A DNA stretch of 64,000 bases from Octopus vulgaris (lineage: Eukaryota): NCBI GenBank assembly GCA_951406725.2, contig OX597814.1, positions 151,590,001-151,654,000 on the forward strand. The letters run 5' to 3'. The position numbers and the translations under genes are program-made. Positions within the stretch are counted from its first letter, which is position 1; each line of letters opens with the position of its first letter. Below are positions 23,433-36,979 of the stretch, piece after piece. The notes beneath the pieces are model-generated. The model saw only the letters and a list, made by a program, of their open reading frames with translations. It made no database searches and was not told the DNA's origin.

Positions 23433-23786
23433 AGGGTCTTTTCCTTTTGAACGGCAGTTTTCAACACAATTTCTGGATCTTTTCCTTTTGAACGGCAGTT
23501 TTCAACACAATTTCTAGTTAACTAAACACTTTTAAACTTCGTATACTGGTAGAATGTGTCAAAATAAAACATTTTTTTCTCTTGACTTTCTTGAGAAAAT
23601 TGTAATTTGTAAGTTTAACGTAGTTTAATTTTTCGAATTTTAACCAATCAATTGCCTCTATTGAGCTAAAATCATTTGGTGCGTCTAAAACTGAGACAGA
23701 CACATTCTACCAGTATACGAAGTTTAAAAGTGTTTAGTTAACTAGAAATTGTGTTGGAAACTGCCGTTCAAAAGGAAAAGATCCTG
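23433..23786. mobile_element. MITE with ~86-bp inverted arms and a duplicated left end
   Basis: 23475-23560 is the reverse complement of 23699-23784. A ~41-bp tandem duplication precedes the left arm, and TA runs flank the element. Confidence 0.85.
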
Positions 23787-23824
23787 TATATATATGTATA
23801 TATATATATATATGGATACTATTT

Positions 23825-24077
23825 AAGAGTGGTCCCGGTGCGCGCACTCGCGCATCCACGCTAGCTAGTCGTGACTAGTCGATCCTACAATGACTATCCT
23901 ATTAAAAAAAAACCCATCTAAGTTATGATGGGGGTACCAAACGTTTATCTAATAACTACTAATAATAACTTTCAACCGAACTTGTATGAACATTTGTTAT
24001 AGGATAGGTAGTCGTAGGATCGACTAGTCACAACTAGCTAGCGCGGATGCTCGAGTGCACGCATCGGGACCACTCTT
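23825..24077. mobile_element. CpG-rich MITE/foldback with ~76-bp arms
   Basis: AAGAGTGGTCCCGGTGCGCGCACTCG...ATCCTAT pairs with ATAGGAT...GCACGCATCGGGACCACTCTT. Confidence 0.85.
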
Positions 24078-24591
24078 CTCAAATATGTGTGTGTCTGTCC
24101 CTCACCACCACCACCACTTGATGACCAGTGTTGGTGTGTTTAGAACCTTATAACTTAGTGGTTCAACAAATGAGACCGATAAAATAAGTACCAAGCTGAA
24201 GAAAGATGTACTGGGGTCGATTTGTTCAACTAAAAATTCTTCAAGGCAGTGCCCCAGCATGGTTGCAGTCTAATGACTGAAACAAGTGTAAGATACCAGA
24301 AATGTCTTTGTTCCTTTCATTCACCCATCTTGTCTCTTGTGTCATTGCCCTCTCTTATTCATCTTGTCAATGATACTACCCTGAATGAACAAATATAGTG
24401 TGGTGAGGACTTTCTAATTTTAACCATAACACCACTAATACTTGTGTTATTATAAAATGCATCCAGTATGCTCTGTAAAGTGGTTGTTGAATGAGTGGGG
24501 ATGATGTTAGGTCAAGAAGACACATGTTGAGGACATAAGATGCATCCTGTTAAAAGATAAGAGCAACCAGCTGTAGAAACCAAACCAAACT

Positions 24592-25360
24592 GAGCTGGTA
24601 GAATCGTTAGCACGTCGGGCGAAATGCTTACCGGTATTTCGTCTGTCGTTACATTGTGAGTTCAAATTCCGCCGAGGTCAACTTTGCCTTTCATCCTTTC
24701 GGGGTCGATAAATTAAGTACCAGTTACGCACTGGGGTTGATGTAATCGACTTAATACCTATGTCTGTCCTTGTTTGTCCCCTCTATGTTTAGCCCCTTGT
24801 GGGTAGTAAAGAAATAGGTATTTCGTCTACCGTTACGTTCTGAGTTCAAATTCCACCGAGGTCGATTTTGCCTTTCATCCTTTTGGGGTCGATAAATTAA
24901 GTATCAGTTATGCCCTGGGGTCGATGTAATCAACTTAATCTCCTTGTCTGTCCTTGTTTGTCCTCTCTGTGTTTAGCCCCTTGTGGGTAGTAAAGAAATA
25001 GGTATTTTGCCTGCCGTTAGGCTCTGAGTTCAAATTCCGCCGAGGCCGACTTTGCCTTTCATCCTTTCAGGGTCAATAAATTAGGTATCAGTTATGCCCT
25101 GGGGTCAATGTAATCAACTTAATCTCCTTGTCTGTCCTTGTTTGTCCTCTCTGTGTTTAACCCCTTGTGGGTAGTAAAGAAATAGGTATTTTGCCTGCCG
25201 TTAGGTTCTGAGTTCAAATTCCGCCGAGGCCGACTTTGCCTTTCATCCTTTCGGGGTCAATAAATTAGGTATCAGTTATGCCCTGGGGTCGATGTAATCA
25301 ACTTAATCTCCTTGTTTGTCCCCTCTATGTTTAGCCCCTTTTGGGCAATAAAGAAATAAG
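24592..25360 (+). repeat. SINE family B with its body amplified into four tandem ~187-bp units
   Basis: One GAGCTGGTAGAATCGTTAGC head followed by 4x GGTATTT...GAGTTCAAATTCC...GGGTAGTAAAGAAATA, ending in a SINE tail. Confidence 0.9.
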
Positions 25361-28300
25361 AAACCAAACCAGAATTGAAGCATGTAAATGCAATGATCTG
25401 ACTTGGAGGGTATTAACTCAAAATAAGAAATGACTTGGTCTGTGATGTCCTGTACAACTCATGCCAGCATGGAAAGCAGGTGTAGAATGATGTTGAATTA
25501 TGACATATGAGCAAGAGATAAAATCTTGGCACAGCAAAACAATTCAGTTTCAATTCTCAGCTGATGCATTTTCACTTCATTTATATGCCTTTGAGAAAAG
25601 CATCAATATAACAACTTGCTTCCTTCTATCAAAATGTAAAACATTTGTGCTTAATAAAAATAAACCAAAAAAACTTATTCAAGAATGACCTTTAGGACAG
25701 TTCATTTTTTATAATTGTGGGTATCATCATTTTATGTTAGCATTTTTAATACTGGTTTGGTTTGAACTGGCTTCCTTTCTACTTGTCCAGTGCTGGTAAA
25801 GCCAGCCTTGCCACTTATCACAGTCTTCTTTGTTATTTGGCTCTCTCAGTGACAAAGAAAACAGCCAGTTTTTGATGTGTGAGTATGTAATTAGTTATTT
25901 TTTGTCAAGGATTTTACTGTTGAATGTCTTTCCTATCAGCACATCTGCTGTTGTCCTAACCTTAGAATTCTGATTGTTCTGAATTAATTATGCATTATCT
26001 CATAGCTCTGAGATTTCAATGATGTAATTTTTTTTTGTTTTTTTGTTAGAACAACATTATAGGAGAGGTGTGGATGGTCAGACCTGGTTGGTTTGAACAT
26101 AAAACAGGTAGAATATTTGGGCTGGTTATGGCCGGTTTAAATGCTAATGGGATAAAGTGTCCAATTTACCGTGTAAATTAGGTGTATATTCGTCGTACCA
26201 TTCATTCCAGTACATAATCAGTAATTATTGATTTATTTTTCAATTCTCAAAAATGGTGTGTTCTATTGTCAACCTTAAGGGGATTTCAAATCAGAAGTGG
26301 GTGATAAGGCTGAAAATTAAATATTCTAAGCTCTATACTGTTATTGCCATCAACATTATTACTGTTAGCATTATTTATCTTTTATACATTTTAGTATTTG
26401 ATGGCTGTGCTCCTAAAAATATGGTTAGTCATTCTATTTCACTGATTGTCTCTGTTTTTATAGAAATTCCAAGGGCAATGGAAGTGACTGAAACTAGTAC
26501 ACCAATATGAATGTACTAGAGTATTGAGCTTTGTCTCTAAGTTCCAAGTTCAAATCTCATTTGGATTCACCTGACTTTTAAATACTTTGGGATTAATAAA
26601 ATATGTACCAGTAATATATTGAAACTAAATAAACTTGTTCAGCAAAAAGCTACCTCAAACAATGATTGGTGTTTTTTTTGGACCCTTCTTTCAGCTGAAA
26701 TATCCAATGAGGTTACTACTTATGAATACTTTTATATAAAGTTTTGTAAATGCTAGTTTACAAAAATCATAGTGAAGATGAATTATTAAAGCAAAAATTA
26801 TAGCCAGCTGTCACTTGAGCAAACATGACTTGATGTAACATGCTTTTGCTACTTGTTTCTAGGTACCTAGGTATAGTTTTGAGCAGACATAAGTACCTCT
26901 TGGCCCCATCATTCTTGACCCAATAAAATGGGGGTTCTCAACTGAGTCACATGACCCTTAGGGGGTCTGTATAAGATTTTGTTGTTAAAAATTATGTGCA
27001 ATAAATTGCTTATACTTTTACAATACACAGAATATTTAAACATTTTTCTGGTACAATTCCAAATAATATTTAATAATAAAAATATAATAGGATCTTTTAA
27101 ACATCAAATGACTATGAGTGTCCATCCAAATAAAATAGGAATCAAAAGGGCCTATAAGTAAAAAAAAAAAAATGGTGAGAACCGCTGCAGTAGAACTTCC
27201 TGGATGTGATGGCTGGAGAGGGTGAGATGGCTGTATTAGCTCCTTGCTGCTAGTCATTACAGCTGAGAAGACTGCAACAATGTGAAATGGTTTAGTCAGA
27301 AGAAAGGGAGCATCCATGGCTTTTTCACAGAGCATCTGAAATGGGTGGGAGGAAGTTATTCTTAGTCTGGACACTTGGTCAAGTGACCTAACATCATGGT
27401 AGAAGATGTTTGTCTAGGAAGTAATGCAGTAGGATTGAACCTGGAACCAAGTTACTGCAAAGCAAACTTCATCTGCACCTAATCTTGGATTCTGTGAGAG
27501 CTACTTTCTTTAGTGTTCTGACCTGGATTAAGACTACTGACCACTTCAAAAAAAAAAAAAAAAAAAAATTCTACCCTTTCACTGGCTTCAGTCATTTGAC
27601 TGCAGCCATGCTGGAGCACCGCCTTTAGTCGAGCAAATTGACCCCCGGACTTATTCTTTAGAAGCCTAGTACTTTGGTCTCATTTGTCGAACTGCTAAGT
27701 TACAGAGACATAAACACACCACCATCGGTTGTCAAGCGATGTTGGGGGACAAACATATACACACACACACACATACATACATATATACGACGGGCTTCAA
27801 CTCACCCCGAGTTGATTTCCTACATGTTTTATTGGATAAACTTATTGTTCCAGGTATGTTCTCATAAATTCATCATGCTTTTCCATCTAGATTTACCCCC
27901 AGCTAACCGATTTGCATGCATCGTTTTTGTTCTGCTTTTCTTCCATCAACCTGTATATAACTACACCTTCCATTTTTTTGTTGTTTTTGTACTGCTTAAA
28001 GGCACGTTTCTATCCTGCCAAGTTTACTCTTTAAACCATGTTTGTGTTCTCCCAGTCAACAGCCTTATCATTACTGGTACTTTAAACTCTTCGGTTGCAT
28101 ATTTGTGTGAATAAAATCGTTTTTCTTTGGATTAGACAAAAAGTCTATCTTTATTTCTTCTTTTGCTGGTGTCTCAAATTTAGGTTAAATCAGTGTTTCT
28201 CAAAGGGGAGGCCTATGGGATGGTCGGAGAAGTTTCGAGAAAATTTGGTTTAAATGTTTGACAACTCAGCACCGTCCATACAAGCGTTTTGCTTGTAAGT

Positions 28301-29072
28301 TCAATAAAAAACAACAACAACCCAAGAATCTCGATATAACATTTTATAACAAAATAAGAATTCCAATAATATTTATGTATTTATAAAACAAAATAAATAT
28401 AAATACAATTTTGTGTAAATATAGACTTTATAAAAGTAGTAATCAAATTTTTCAAACACATTCAAGTGAAAAATATTTTGCTCTCAAAATATATTCAGCC
28501 TTAAATTGTCATGAGTATTCAAGAGGCACTGTAAACAAAATAAAACTGGAAAGGATTTCAGTGTCTTGTTTATTTCATTTCTTTTAATCGTTTTGTTTAG
28601 AAAAATAACTTGAATCTCAAAAGAAAAAAACAACTTATTCTTTACTCAACTTCAATTTGTAGATAAATCTTGAATGAAATGGAGTTCATTTGAATTTTAC
28701 AATCCTAATAAATGGAATCAAATTGAATTACACAGCATAAAACCATAAAAATAAACAGGGTTCTGTTATAAGAAACACTAAAGGATTTCTGGGTTTGGAC
28801 TGAAAACTTTACATAAATATTCTATCGCTCTCTCTCTCACACACACACACACACATATGGCAGTATTAATGGAATGTGCAATAGACTAATTGGGAGGAAA
28901 ATTACTGAAACACAAAAAATTCAAATATGAACATGGAAAGTATACATTGTAGTTTATTTGAATTTTTTTCATTTCAATAATTTTCCTCTGATTTTACTCA
29001 TTCTCGAATTTGATGGACATATAGTGGTACCTAAGTGGACTCAAGGAATCTCTAGTGAGACTTTTTATTGAT

Positions 29073-29119
29073 GTACCTGAAGAGACCCAAACAGGTCAAA
29101 ACGTGTTGTACCCAATAAA
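29073..29119 (+). ncRNA. Decayed minimal type-I hammerhead motif followed by AATAAA (Penelope-like pLTR relic)
   Basis: GTAC-CTGAAGA-GACC/caaaca/GGTC-AAAAC-gt-GTT-GTAC. The conserved GAAA reads AAAA. Confidence 0.4.
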
Positions 29120-30359
29120 GTTTATGACACATTCCATCGCCTATCTTATTAATACTGTTACCCCAACCACCACTATGAAGTCCCTGCAGTAAATCTACGG
29201 ATAACAACAGGTAATCAAAACTGTGCTGGTGCTTTACTCATCATCCATTTATACATTTTGTACAATTTCTCCATTATATATATATTAATACATACACACA
29301 TATATATAAAACAAACAAAAAATATAATAAAGTTGACAAGATAATCTTCATGCTGTCAAAATTTCCTCTTAAAAATGAAGAGGATTCATAAGATAACACA
29401 TGTTAACGAAAAAAGAAAAAGGGATGGTCACAGTGAGAATGGCTGATTATATGTCTATTCAATTAGAGCTGTCTGGGGAAATTTTATTATAAGATTATTG
29501 TTCATCAAAAACTTAATATGAACAATATACAATTATAAAAATGGAGTCAATACATGAAAAGGCTTCAATACAAACTATAAGTTTCAAGCATTTCTTGTCT
29601 GATTATGTATTGATGGATAATTTAAGGGGTAACTGGAGTTGTTTTATGTTTATTAAACCCAAGTAAGGCCTATGATCAAAGGCGTTTCAATTAAGACCAC
29701 ACTATCTTCTCAGCCAATAACTCTTTTCTCTAGGAAGAGAGCAAGGTGTAATTTAAAGGAGATCTGGTTGCTATTTCTAGAAGGTTGAGCGACCACATAG
29801 TCTCCCTCAATGGCTAAGTTGATAAAAGTGTTGAAGCAATTGCTGAGTTGTCTTTAGAACTAATACTCTACAGGTTGATTCCTTGTGGTCAATTTAACTT
29901 AAAGTAAACTAATATTCCCTATTAGAAACAAACTTATAGGGACAGACTTTCAAATGTCATTGGTGAAAGCAACCAAACCTTGTATCACTCACTGTAAGTT
30001 TTAAAACAAAAAAAAAATATCTATTACATCAAAATATGAAGCTCTTAATGGCTGAGTGTACCTGTCTGTGAGTAGGTACCACAAATAGTGATACTCATGC
30101 ATACAGGCACACACACACACAGGTGGACCAAGCTATTGGTGAATGTAGAAATAGTAATATATTTTATCACCCTATGCTTACTGTTGTTTGCATGTGTAGC
30201 AAACAAGTTCTACATCTTCAGAATCAAGTTGTTAGTAGCTGTAGGCTATTATTTAGATGAAAAACAATTGTTCTAGTGACATGCAAAAATTTGCAAAAAC
30301 CAACTTATTGCAGTAGGTGGTAAGAAGAAAAAGGGGATGTTTTAAGAATATAATTCCAT

Positions 30360-30722
30360 TACTCTTTTACTTGTTTCAGTCATTTGACTGGGGCCATGCT
30401 GGAGCACCGCCTTTAGTCGAGCACATCGACCCCAGGACTTATTCTTTGTAAGCCTAGTACTTATTCTATCAGTCTCTTTTGCCAAACTGCTAAGTTACGG
30501 GGACGTAAACACACCAGCATCGGTTGTCAAGTGATGTTGGGGGGACAAACACAGACACACAAACATATATATATATATATATACATACATACAACAGGCT
30601 TCTTTCAGTTTCTGTCTACCAAATTCACTCACAAGGCTTTGGTTGGCCCGAGGCTATAGTAGAAGACACCTGCCCAAGGTGCCACGCAGTGGGACTGAAC
30701 CCGGAACCATGTAGTTCGTAAA
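30360..30722 (-). mobile_element. SINE family A, slightly 5'-truncated
   Basis: Same family as 10005-10421. A 3'-half copy also lies at ~27580-27798. Confidence 0.85.
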
Positions 30723-31696
30723 GAAATAGTTGTGATGGTCCCATGATTGAACAGATTTCTAATTACGGAGCAGTTACAGTGGAAACATGACAATAACAAC
30801 ACTGATAGAGCATGAGACAAGACAACAATCAGCTTAGAGATTGGTAGTTCATGGCTTGTTAGTACAGCTACTTTATATGCCTATCAAACATACTAAACTT
30901 TCAGTAACCAAGTATGAGCAAGAGCCATGGAGGCAGTATAGTTTTATTGCTTTAAGCAACAATAACACTGTACTTCATTAGCTTGCAGTGTTGAATTTAA
31001 TTACTCTCTTAGGAATAACAGCCTGCAATAGTTTAGCCATTTAAAGAGTGACTTCTCATTTGACAAATGGTACATAAATAAACCGGTATAGATCTTAGTG
31101 AAAAGATCTAGAAAGTGAGAGCTATAGTAAAAAATAGCAATTTTTATAATACATGTAATTAACAAAAAAATTTGTTGATTTTTATCTAAAAAAATTTACA
31201 CACAAAAGATGTAAATAAAAATATATAGAATTATAGTACTAAAAATATATAGAATTATAGTACTAAATTTGTTGAAACTGAAAACATTATATATGTAAAC
31301 CATCATTTAATAATCATATTCCATGCTGGCACAAGTTGGGTAGTTTCACAGGATCTGACCATCTAGGGGACTGCCTTGAGCAGACATTGAAGCCCAATGC
31401 ATAGTCATAATCCTGTTGAACAGTTCAATCCATGCCAGCATGGAACATGGACGCTAAATGATGATGATGATATATATAAAACACAAGAAAATAAATTCAT
31501 TTATCAAATTATTACAAAAATATGTTAATAGAATATCACATTATCCAAAGTATTTTTGAACACTGAATTACACTGAAAACACTTTTACAGAATACAAAAA
31601 CTGGATGAAAGGAACAAATGTTATGGAAAAAAAAAAAAAAAAATCATTAAAATTTAACAATTTTTGTTCATATTTGTTCAATATACTTTTTTTTTT

Positions 31697-31902
31697 CTAG
31701 GTAGATGTAACGTTTGTATCACAGGTATTTTCTGCTCCACTCCCAGAAAACCCATGAAGGTTATCCAGAATGGCTTGAGTAAAGGTGACACCAAAAATAA
31801 AAGCACCTAAAGACAAAAATAATATTCCACTGCCAACAGCTAGTCGTGGTTTCCACACTGGGAAGTCGTTCATATGTAAACCTAGTTGAAGGATGCATAT
31901 AC
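31697..31902 (-). CDS. SLC38A7: SLC38A7-like transporter, last coding exon
   Basis: Acceptor TTTTTCAG|GT, phase 1. Encodes GICILQLG...GILFLSLGAFIFGVTFTQAILD...TST*, with TAG at 31699-31697. Confidence 0.9.
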
Positions 31903-33550
31903 CTGAAAAATATAAACAGAAAAAGGAAGATTTATAGCTTTATCTGGGGTTTTGTTTTGAGATCAGTTTACAAAAAAGAAAAAAAGAAAAAGGGGTGTTA
32001 ATGAAGAATAGGCAGTAAGTTATAATTGGTATAATATGAAGAGAAATGTGTGTGAGAGAGAGAGAGAGAGAGATAAAAGCAGCTTCATTTTTACCCTTAT
32101 TTCATCCCTACTAAATGTCAAGAAGGAGTCTCAATGCAGTCATTCAACTGCATGAAATAGCAATTACACTTATTAAATCACATTCTAATGTTTTTTTTTT
32201 TTTTAAAATAATGTGACAATGTAGTAATTTTCTTTCAATTATCCCAATACAATCAAAATTTAGAGAGGAACTCAAATATTTTGCAGGAAATTGATAAATT
32301 ATTGTACCTAGGTATCTTGTTATATGATATCTGTTAGGGATAAACCTAAATTCTATAGACGTAATATCCACTTTTCCATGCTTGCATGGGTTGGATAGAA
32401 GTAGTTGAGGCAGATTTTCTATTGTTGGGTGCCTTTCCTGTCACCATCACTCACCTGCTTCTAAATAAGATAATATTTTTCCATGGTTGGACATGTTTTC
32501 ACAGGAGATAAATAAAGGACACTGCTTGCAATGATGGTGACACTTTCTTACAACTAATACCTGATAAAAGGCAAGGAAACAGTAACACACACATGTATAG
32601 TAATACCTCACTTTACAATGGCCCAATTTGTGAGACCCTGGGTTTATGAGTTTTATAATAAATATAAATTTTCAACGAAGTGCTAAAGTTTCTACTATTA
32701 CAACAAATACTTCTGCGTGTTACTAAGAAATTTATAGAGAGCGAAAAAAAAAAGCTTCTTCTAAGCAAACTACTCTAGACTATGCCCATGGGCATATGGT
32801 GTAGTGGTTAAAAGCACAGGCTACTAACCCCAAGATTCCAAGTTCAATTCCAGGCAATGACCTGAATAATAATACTCTAGACTTGTTTTCTAAAAAGAAA
32901 TCTACAAGTCCGTCTACAAGTGCTTGTGAATTGGCAACAGCATCTACAAATGATGGTGTGCATGTGAGTCGGGTGTGAGTGAAGGTGATTTAGAAAACAA
33001 TTATATTAATATTTATTATAAATGATCTTGACATTCTTTTTACTTTACATAAAATATTCTTTACATTCTATGGTTATTTTATTGCCATTTATTTACAAGT
33101 ATTAGAAATTTTAAAGGTAAAATATTTTTCTGGGAATGAATTATGATTTATAACATTGCTACCATGGAAAATTTTTGCTCTGCTTTATGAGTAGTCTCCA
33201 GGAACAAATTAACTCGTATATCAAGGCTTTATTGTATATATGTATGTGTGTGAACACACACAATGTGCTTCTCCTGTATCAGTGGATATGGTAGATGGAA
33301 ACTGAAAGAAGCCTGTGTGTGTATGTATGCATGCAGTCTCACTGCATGGCATCTTGGCAAACCTGAAACCACGTGTTTGGGAATCAAACTTTTTAATGCA
33401 CAGCCACCCATGTTTAGAAAGAGATTTCATTTTAAGTAACTACTATTACATCTTCAAACAAATGGCTTCAACTTCTGAATTCTGTTAAGAATTAACTAGA
33501 CATGGGAGATATTCTAAAGAAAATGAAAGTAAATAGAAAACTGAGATTAC

Positions 33551-33750
33551 CTGGGAAGACAAAGATAAAGACAGCTGCTAATGTTCCAAGGAATGCGATG
33601 ACTACTCCAATATTAGGAATTAACACAGCAAGGAGAAGAGTTGTAAAAAACCAGACTAGAGTCATTATAATACGCCGTACTTTCTCATGGATACTGGCAC
33701 TCACAGCAGAGAGATTAAATATATAACACCATAAACTTTCTAAACCAGCC
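33551..33750 (-). CDS. SLC38A7: SLC38A7-like exon
   Basis: RAGLESLW...RRIIMTLVWFFTTLLLAVLIPNIGVVIAFLGTLAAVFIFVFPG, with AG/GT ends, phase 2 to 1. Confidence 0.92.
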
Positions 33751-34160
33751 CTGCAAAATGAAGAATTACAAGTTAAGGACAGTAATTATTAGAGCAACAT
33801 ATATATAAAAAACAAAGAATGAGTAGTGCCTCTGTGTGGTTGCTAAAAATAGCAGTCTAGTTACCCTCAAATCACAACTGCTTAAAAAAGATTGTTGGAT
33901 AATGTAATCTACATGCATGATGGTTGGGGAAAAGGTAGGATGGTCACAGCTGGAATAGCTTTGATCACAGACCTGCCCAGTAAGGGTTGACACTGGGCTA
34001 AACAAGGGCAACAAAAATGTTATAATTGCAGAGTGAGTTTTAAACTGAAGATTTTTTATTTTAGTGTCAATAAAAATAGAAAATAATATATTTATAGGCA
34101 CATGTAAAACTAATGCTGTTCCTATACATCTTAATGGAAAGATGTATTAACCTAATACTA

Positions 34161-36979
34161 TTAGGTTCTCTGGAAAATTTTGAGTGTTTTTAAGTTAAAC
34201 CATTTAACACTTCATTGAACACACTTGAAACGTAACAGTTAAAACTTTGGCATAGCTTTAAGTGGTAGTGCATCTCTTCTTTGTTTCTGACTAAAAATAG
34301 ATTTATCTTTCATTCTGGTTACCCTTTATTGACATTTGAAATGGATAACCAAAAATTTCATATTCATGTTGTGCCGCCTCGACTGGCTTCCGTGTCGGTG
34401 GCATGTAAAAAGCACCATCCAGCCGAAGCCAGTGCCGCCTCGACTGGCTTCCATAAAATGCACCATCCGAATTGTGGCCGATGCCAGCGCCGCCTCGACT
34501 GGCTTCCGTGTTGGTGGCACGTAAAAAGCACCATCCGAATCGTAGCCGAAGCCAGTGTCGCCTTGACTGGCTTCCATAAAATGCACCAATCCGACCGTGG
34601 CCGATGCCAGCCTCGCCTGGCACCAGTGCAGGTGGCACGTAAAAAGCACTCACTACACTCACAGAGTGGTTGGCGTTAGGAAGGGCATCCAGCTGTAGAA
34701 ACTTTGCCAGATAAGACCGGAGCCTGGTGCAGCCTTCTGGCTTCCCAGATCCCCGGTTGAACCGTCCAACCCATGCTAGCATGGAGAACGGACGTTAAAC
34801 GATGATGATGATGATGATGATGAATGTTTTTCTTTTTAAAAAAAAAGAGAGAAATGTTGCAAAGACTTGCAAAATCATTTCTGAAGTTTATGGTGATGAT
34901 GTTGTAGGCTAATCAATTGTTCAAAGGTGGTTTGCAAAACTTAAAGCTGGAGAGTTTAGCTTGGAAGATGACAGTCACAGTGGAAGACCTTCAAAACTGG
35001 ATGAAAATGTTTTTTTGAAAGCAAAAATCAAAGAAAGCTCAAATATTGTGACTAGAGAAATTGCAGAAGAGTTGGAAGTTTCTAAAAGTATGGCTCAAGT
35101 ACACCTGGTGAAGCTAGGATACATTTCTTGCTATAGTGTATGGGTTCCTCAGAAACTCTCAGAAAAGGATTAATTGGTTTGGTATTCCGTTTGTAATAAG
35201 CTTTTGAAATGGAATGAAAAAGCATGCCTTTATTGAAACAACTTGTGAATGGAGAGGAAAAATGGATTGTATACAAAAATGTGGTGTGAAAAAGATCCTG
35301 AAGTTTGTGTAAACAGTAACCAAAGACAAATATCTATGCCAAAAAAGCTACACTCTGCATTTGGTGGGATCATAAAGGTATTATTTATTAATAGCTTCTC
35401 CCACAAAGCCAGACCATTAATTCTGATGTGTACTGTCGTCAGCTGGCTAATTTGAACTAAAAAAAAAAAATCAAAGAATTGAGGCTGGAGATTGCCAACA
35501 GGAAAGGAGTAGTGTCCCAACAAGACAATGCCTGACCACATGTCTTTGGCCCCACCAAACAAAGTTATGTGAACTTGGCTGGGATCTCTTATCCCATCCA
35601 CCATAGTCTCCTGATATTGTGCCATCTAACTACTACTTGTTTTTGTCTTTACAGAACCCATTGTAAGGAAAAACCTTTTAACAATTTAGATGGAATCAAA
35701 ATGCATCTAGATAGCATTTTTTCTTCAAAGCTAGTCAAATTTTATGCTGATGGAATACTTAAATTGCCTGATAGATGAGCAAAGGTCTTTAATAATAATG
35801 GAAATTATCAGGTCATTAAGAATGAAATGTCTGATTTTTCTTGTATTGTTTATGAATATGAGTTCTGTCAAGGAACCAATGCACCCCAGACAGCTCAAAA
35901 CATCAATGAGGTGTTTGGTGAAGATGTGGCAAATGAGCACACTGTACATTGATGGTTTGAGAAGTTCCGGTCTGGTGACTTTACTGTTGAAAATCAGCCC
36001 CTTGGTAGACTTGAGACCAAGGTGGATAATGTAGTGGAAGCAGATACCTCTCAAACTACACATGAGTTAACAGCAAGGTTTGACGTTTCGATTCCAACTA
36101 AATAGGACCATCTGAAACAAATCAGCAAAGTAAAGAAGCTGGACAGGTGGGTACCACACAAACTGAATGAGCATCAATTGACATGTTGTCTTGAAACTTG
36201 TTCTTTGCTGTCACGCCATAAAAGCGAACCATTTTTGCATTGTATCGTTACATGTGATGAAAAACTGGATTCTTTTCAACAATGGCAAGCGTTCTGCATG
36301 GTGGTTGGATAGAGACAAAGTGCCAAAACACAATCCAAAAAAGAATATTCACCAAAAAAAGCTAATGGTGTCTGTTTGGTGGCCCAGCGCTGGTGTCATC
36401 CACTACAGCTTCATGAGACCTGTCAATTACAGCGGATGTATACATCAACTAACTGGATGAAGTGATGAGTGAACTTGCAATTAAACAACTGAGATTGGTC
36501 AATAGAAACAGGCCAATTCTCTTGCAAGACAATGCTCAACCATATGTTGTACAAAGAACGGTACCCCAGTTACAGGAACTGAACTTGGAAGTACTCTGTC
36601 ATCCACCATATTCACCAGACCTTGCATCAATTGACTATCATGTTTTCCAGGCATTAGACAAGGAAAAAAACTTCAAATCTGAAGAAGATGCAAAAACGGC
36701 CTTTCCTGATTTCATCAACTCTTGTTCTCCAGAATTTTTTGCTACCTGCATAAATAAGCTACTGATAAAATGGCAAAATTGTGTTGATAATTTAGGTGCA
36801 TACTCTGATTAACTGCATTGCTTTTTGCTAAGATAAAGTAAAATAAACTTTCAGTTCAAAATCAGACATTTCATTCTTAATGAGCTGATATTTCATCAAA
36901 TAAAATTTATTGAAAGGTCCAATTATTTATATCCCTTTTTGCATTTTAAAAAATGCTCAGAACTTTCTGGACAACCTAA
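34161..36979 (+). mobile_element. Decayed mariner (outer) carrying nested RTE tail and second mariner
   Basis: TIRs TTAGGTTCTCTGGAAAATTTTGAG / CTCAGAACTTTCTGGACAACCTAA, with transposase remnants HSGRP and WVPQKL. Confidence 0.85.
35808..36888 (+). mobile_element. Inner mariner, decayed (DD34D type)
   Basis: TIRs TCAGGTCATTAAGAATGAAATGTCTGATTT and its reverse complement, TA duplicated at 35806 and 36889. Motifs WVPH, LQDNA and HPPYSPDLASIDY. Confidence 0.9.

Noticed and set aside
24592-25360. CRISPR-like or tRNA arrays
   Set aside because: This is eukaryotic DNA and the units are SINE bodies without unique spacers. The tRNA-like heads do not form complete cloverleaves.
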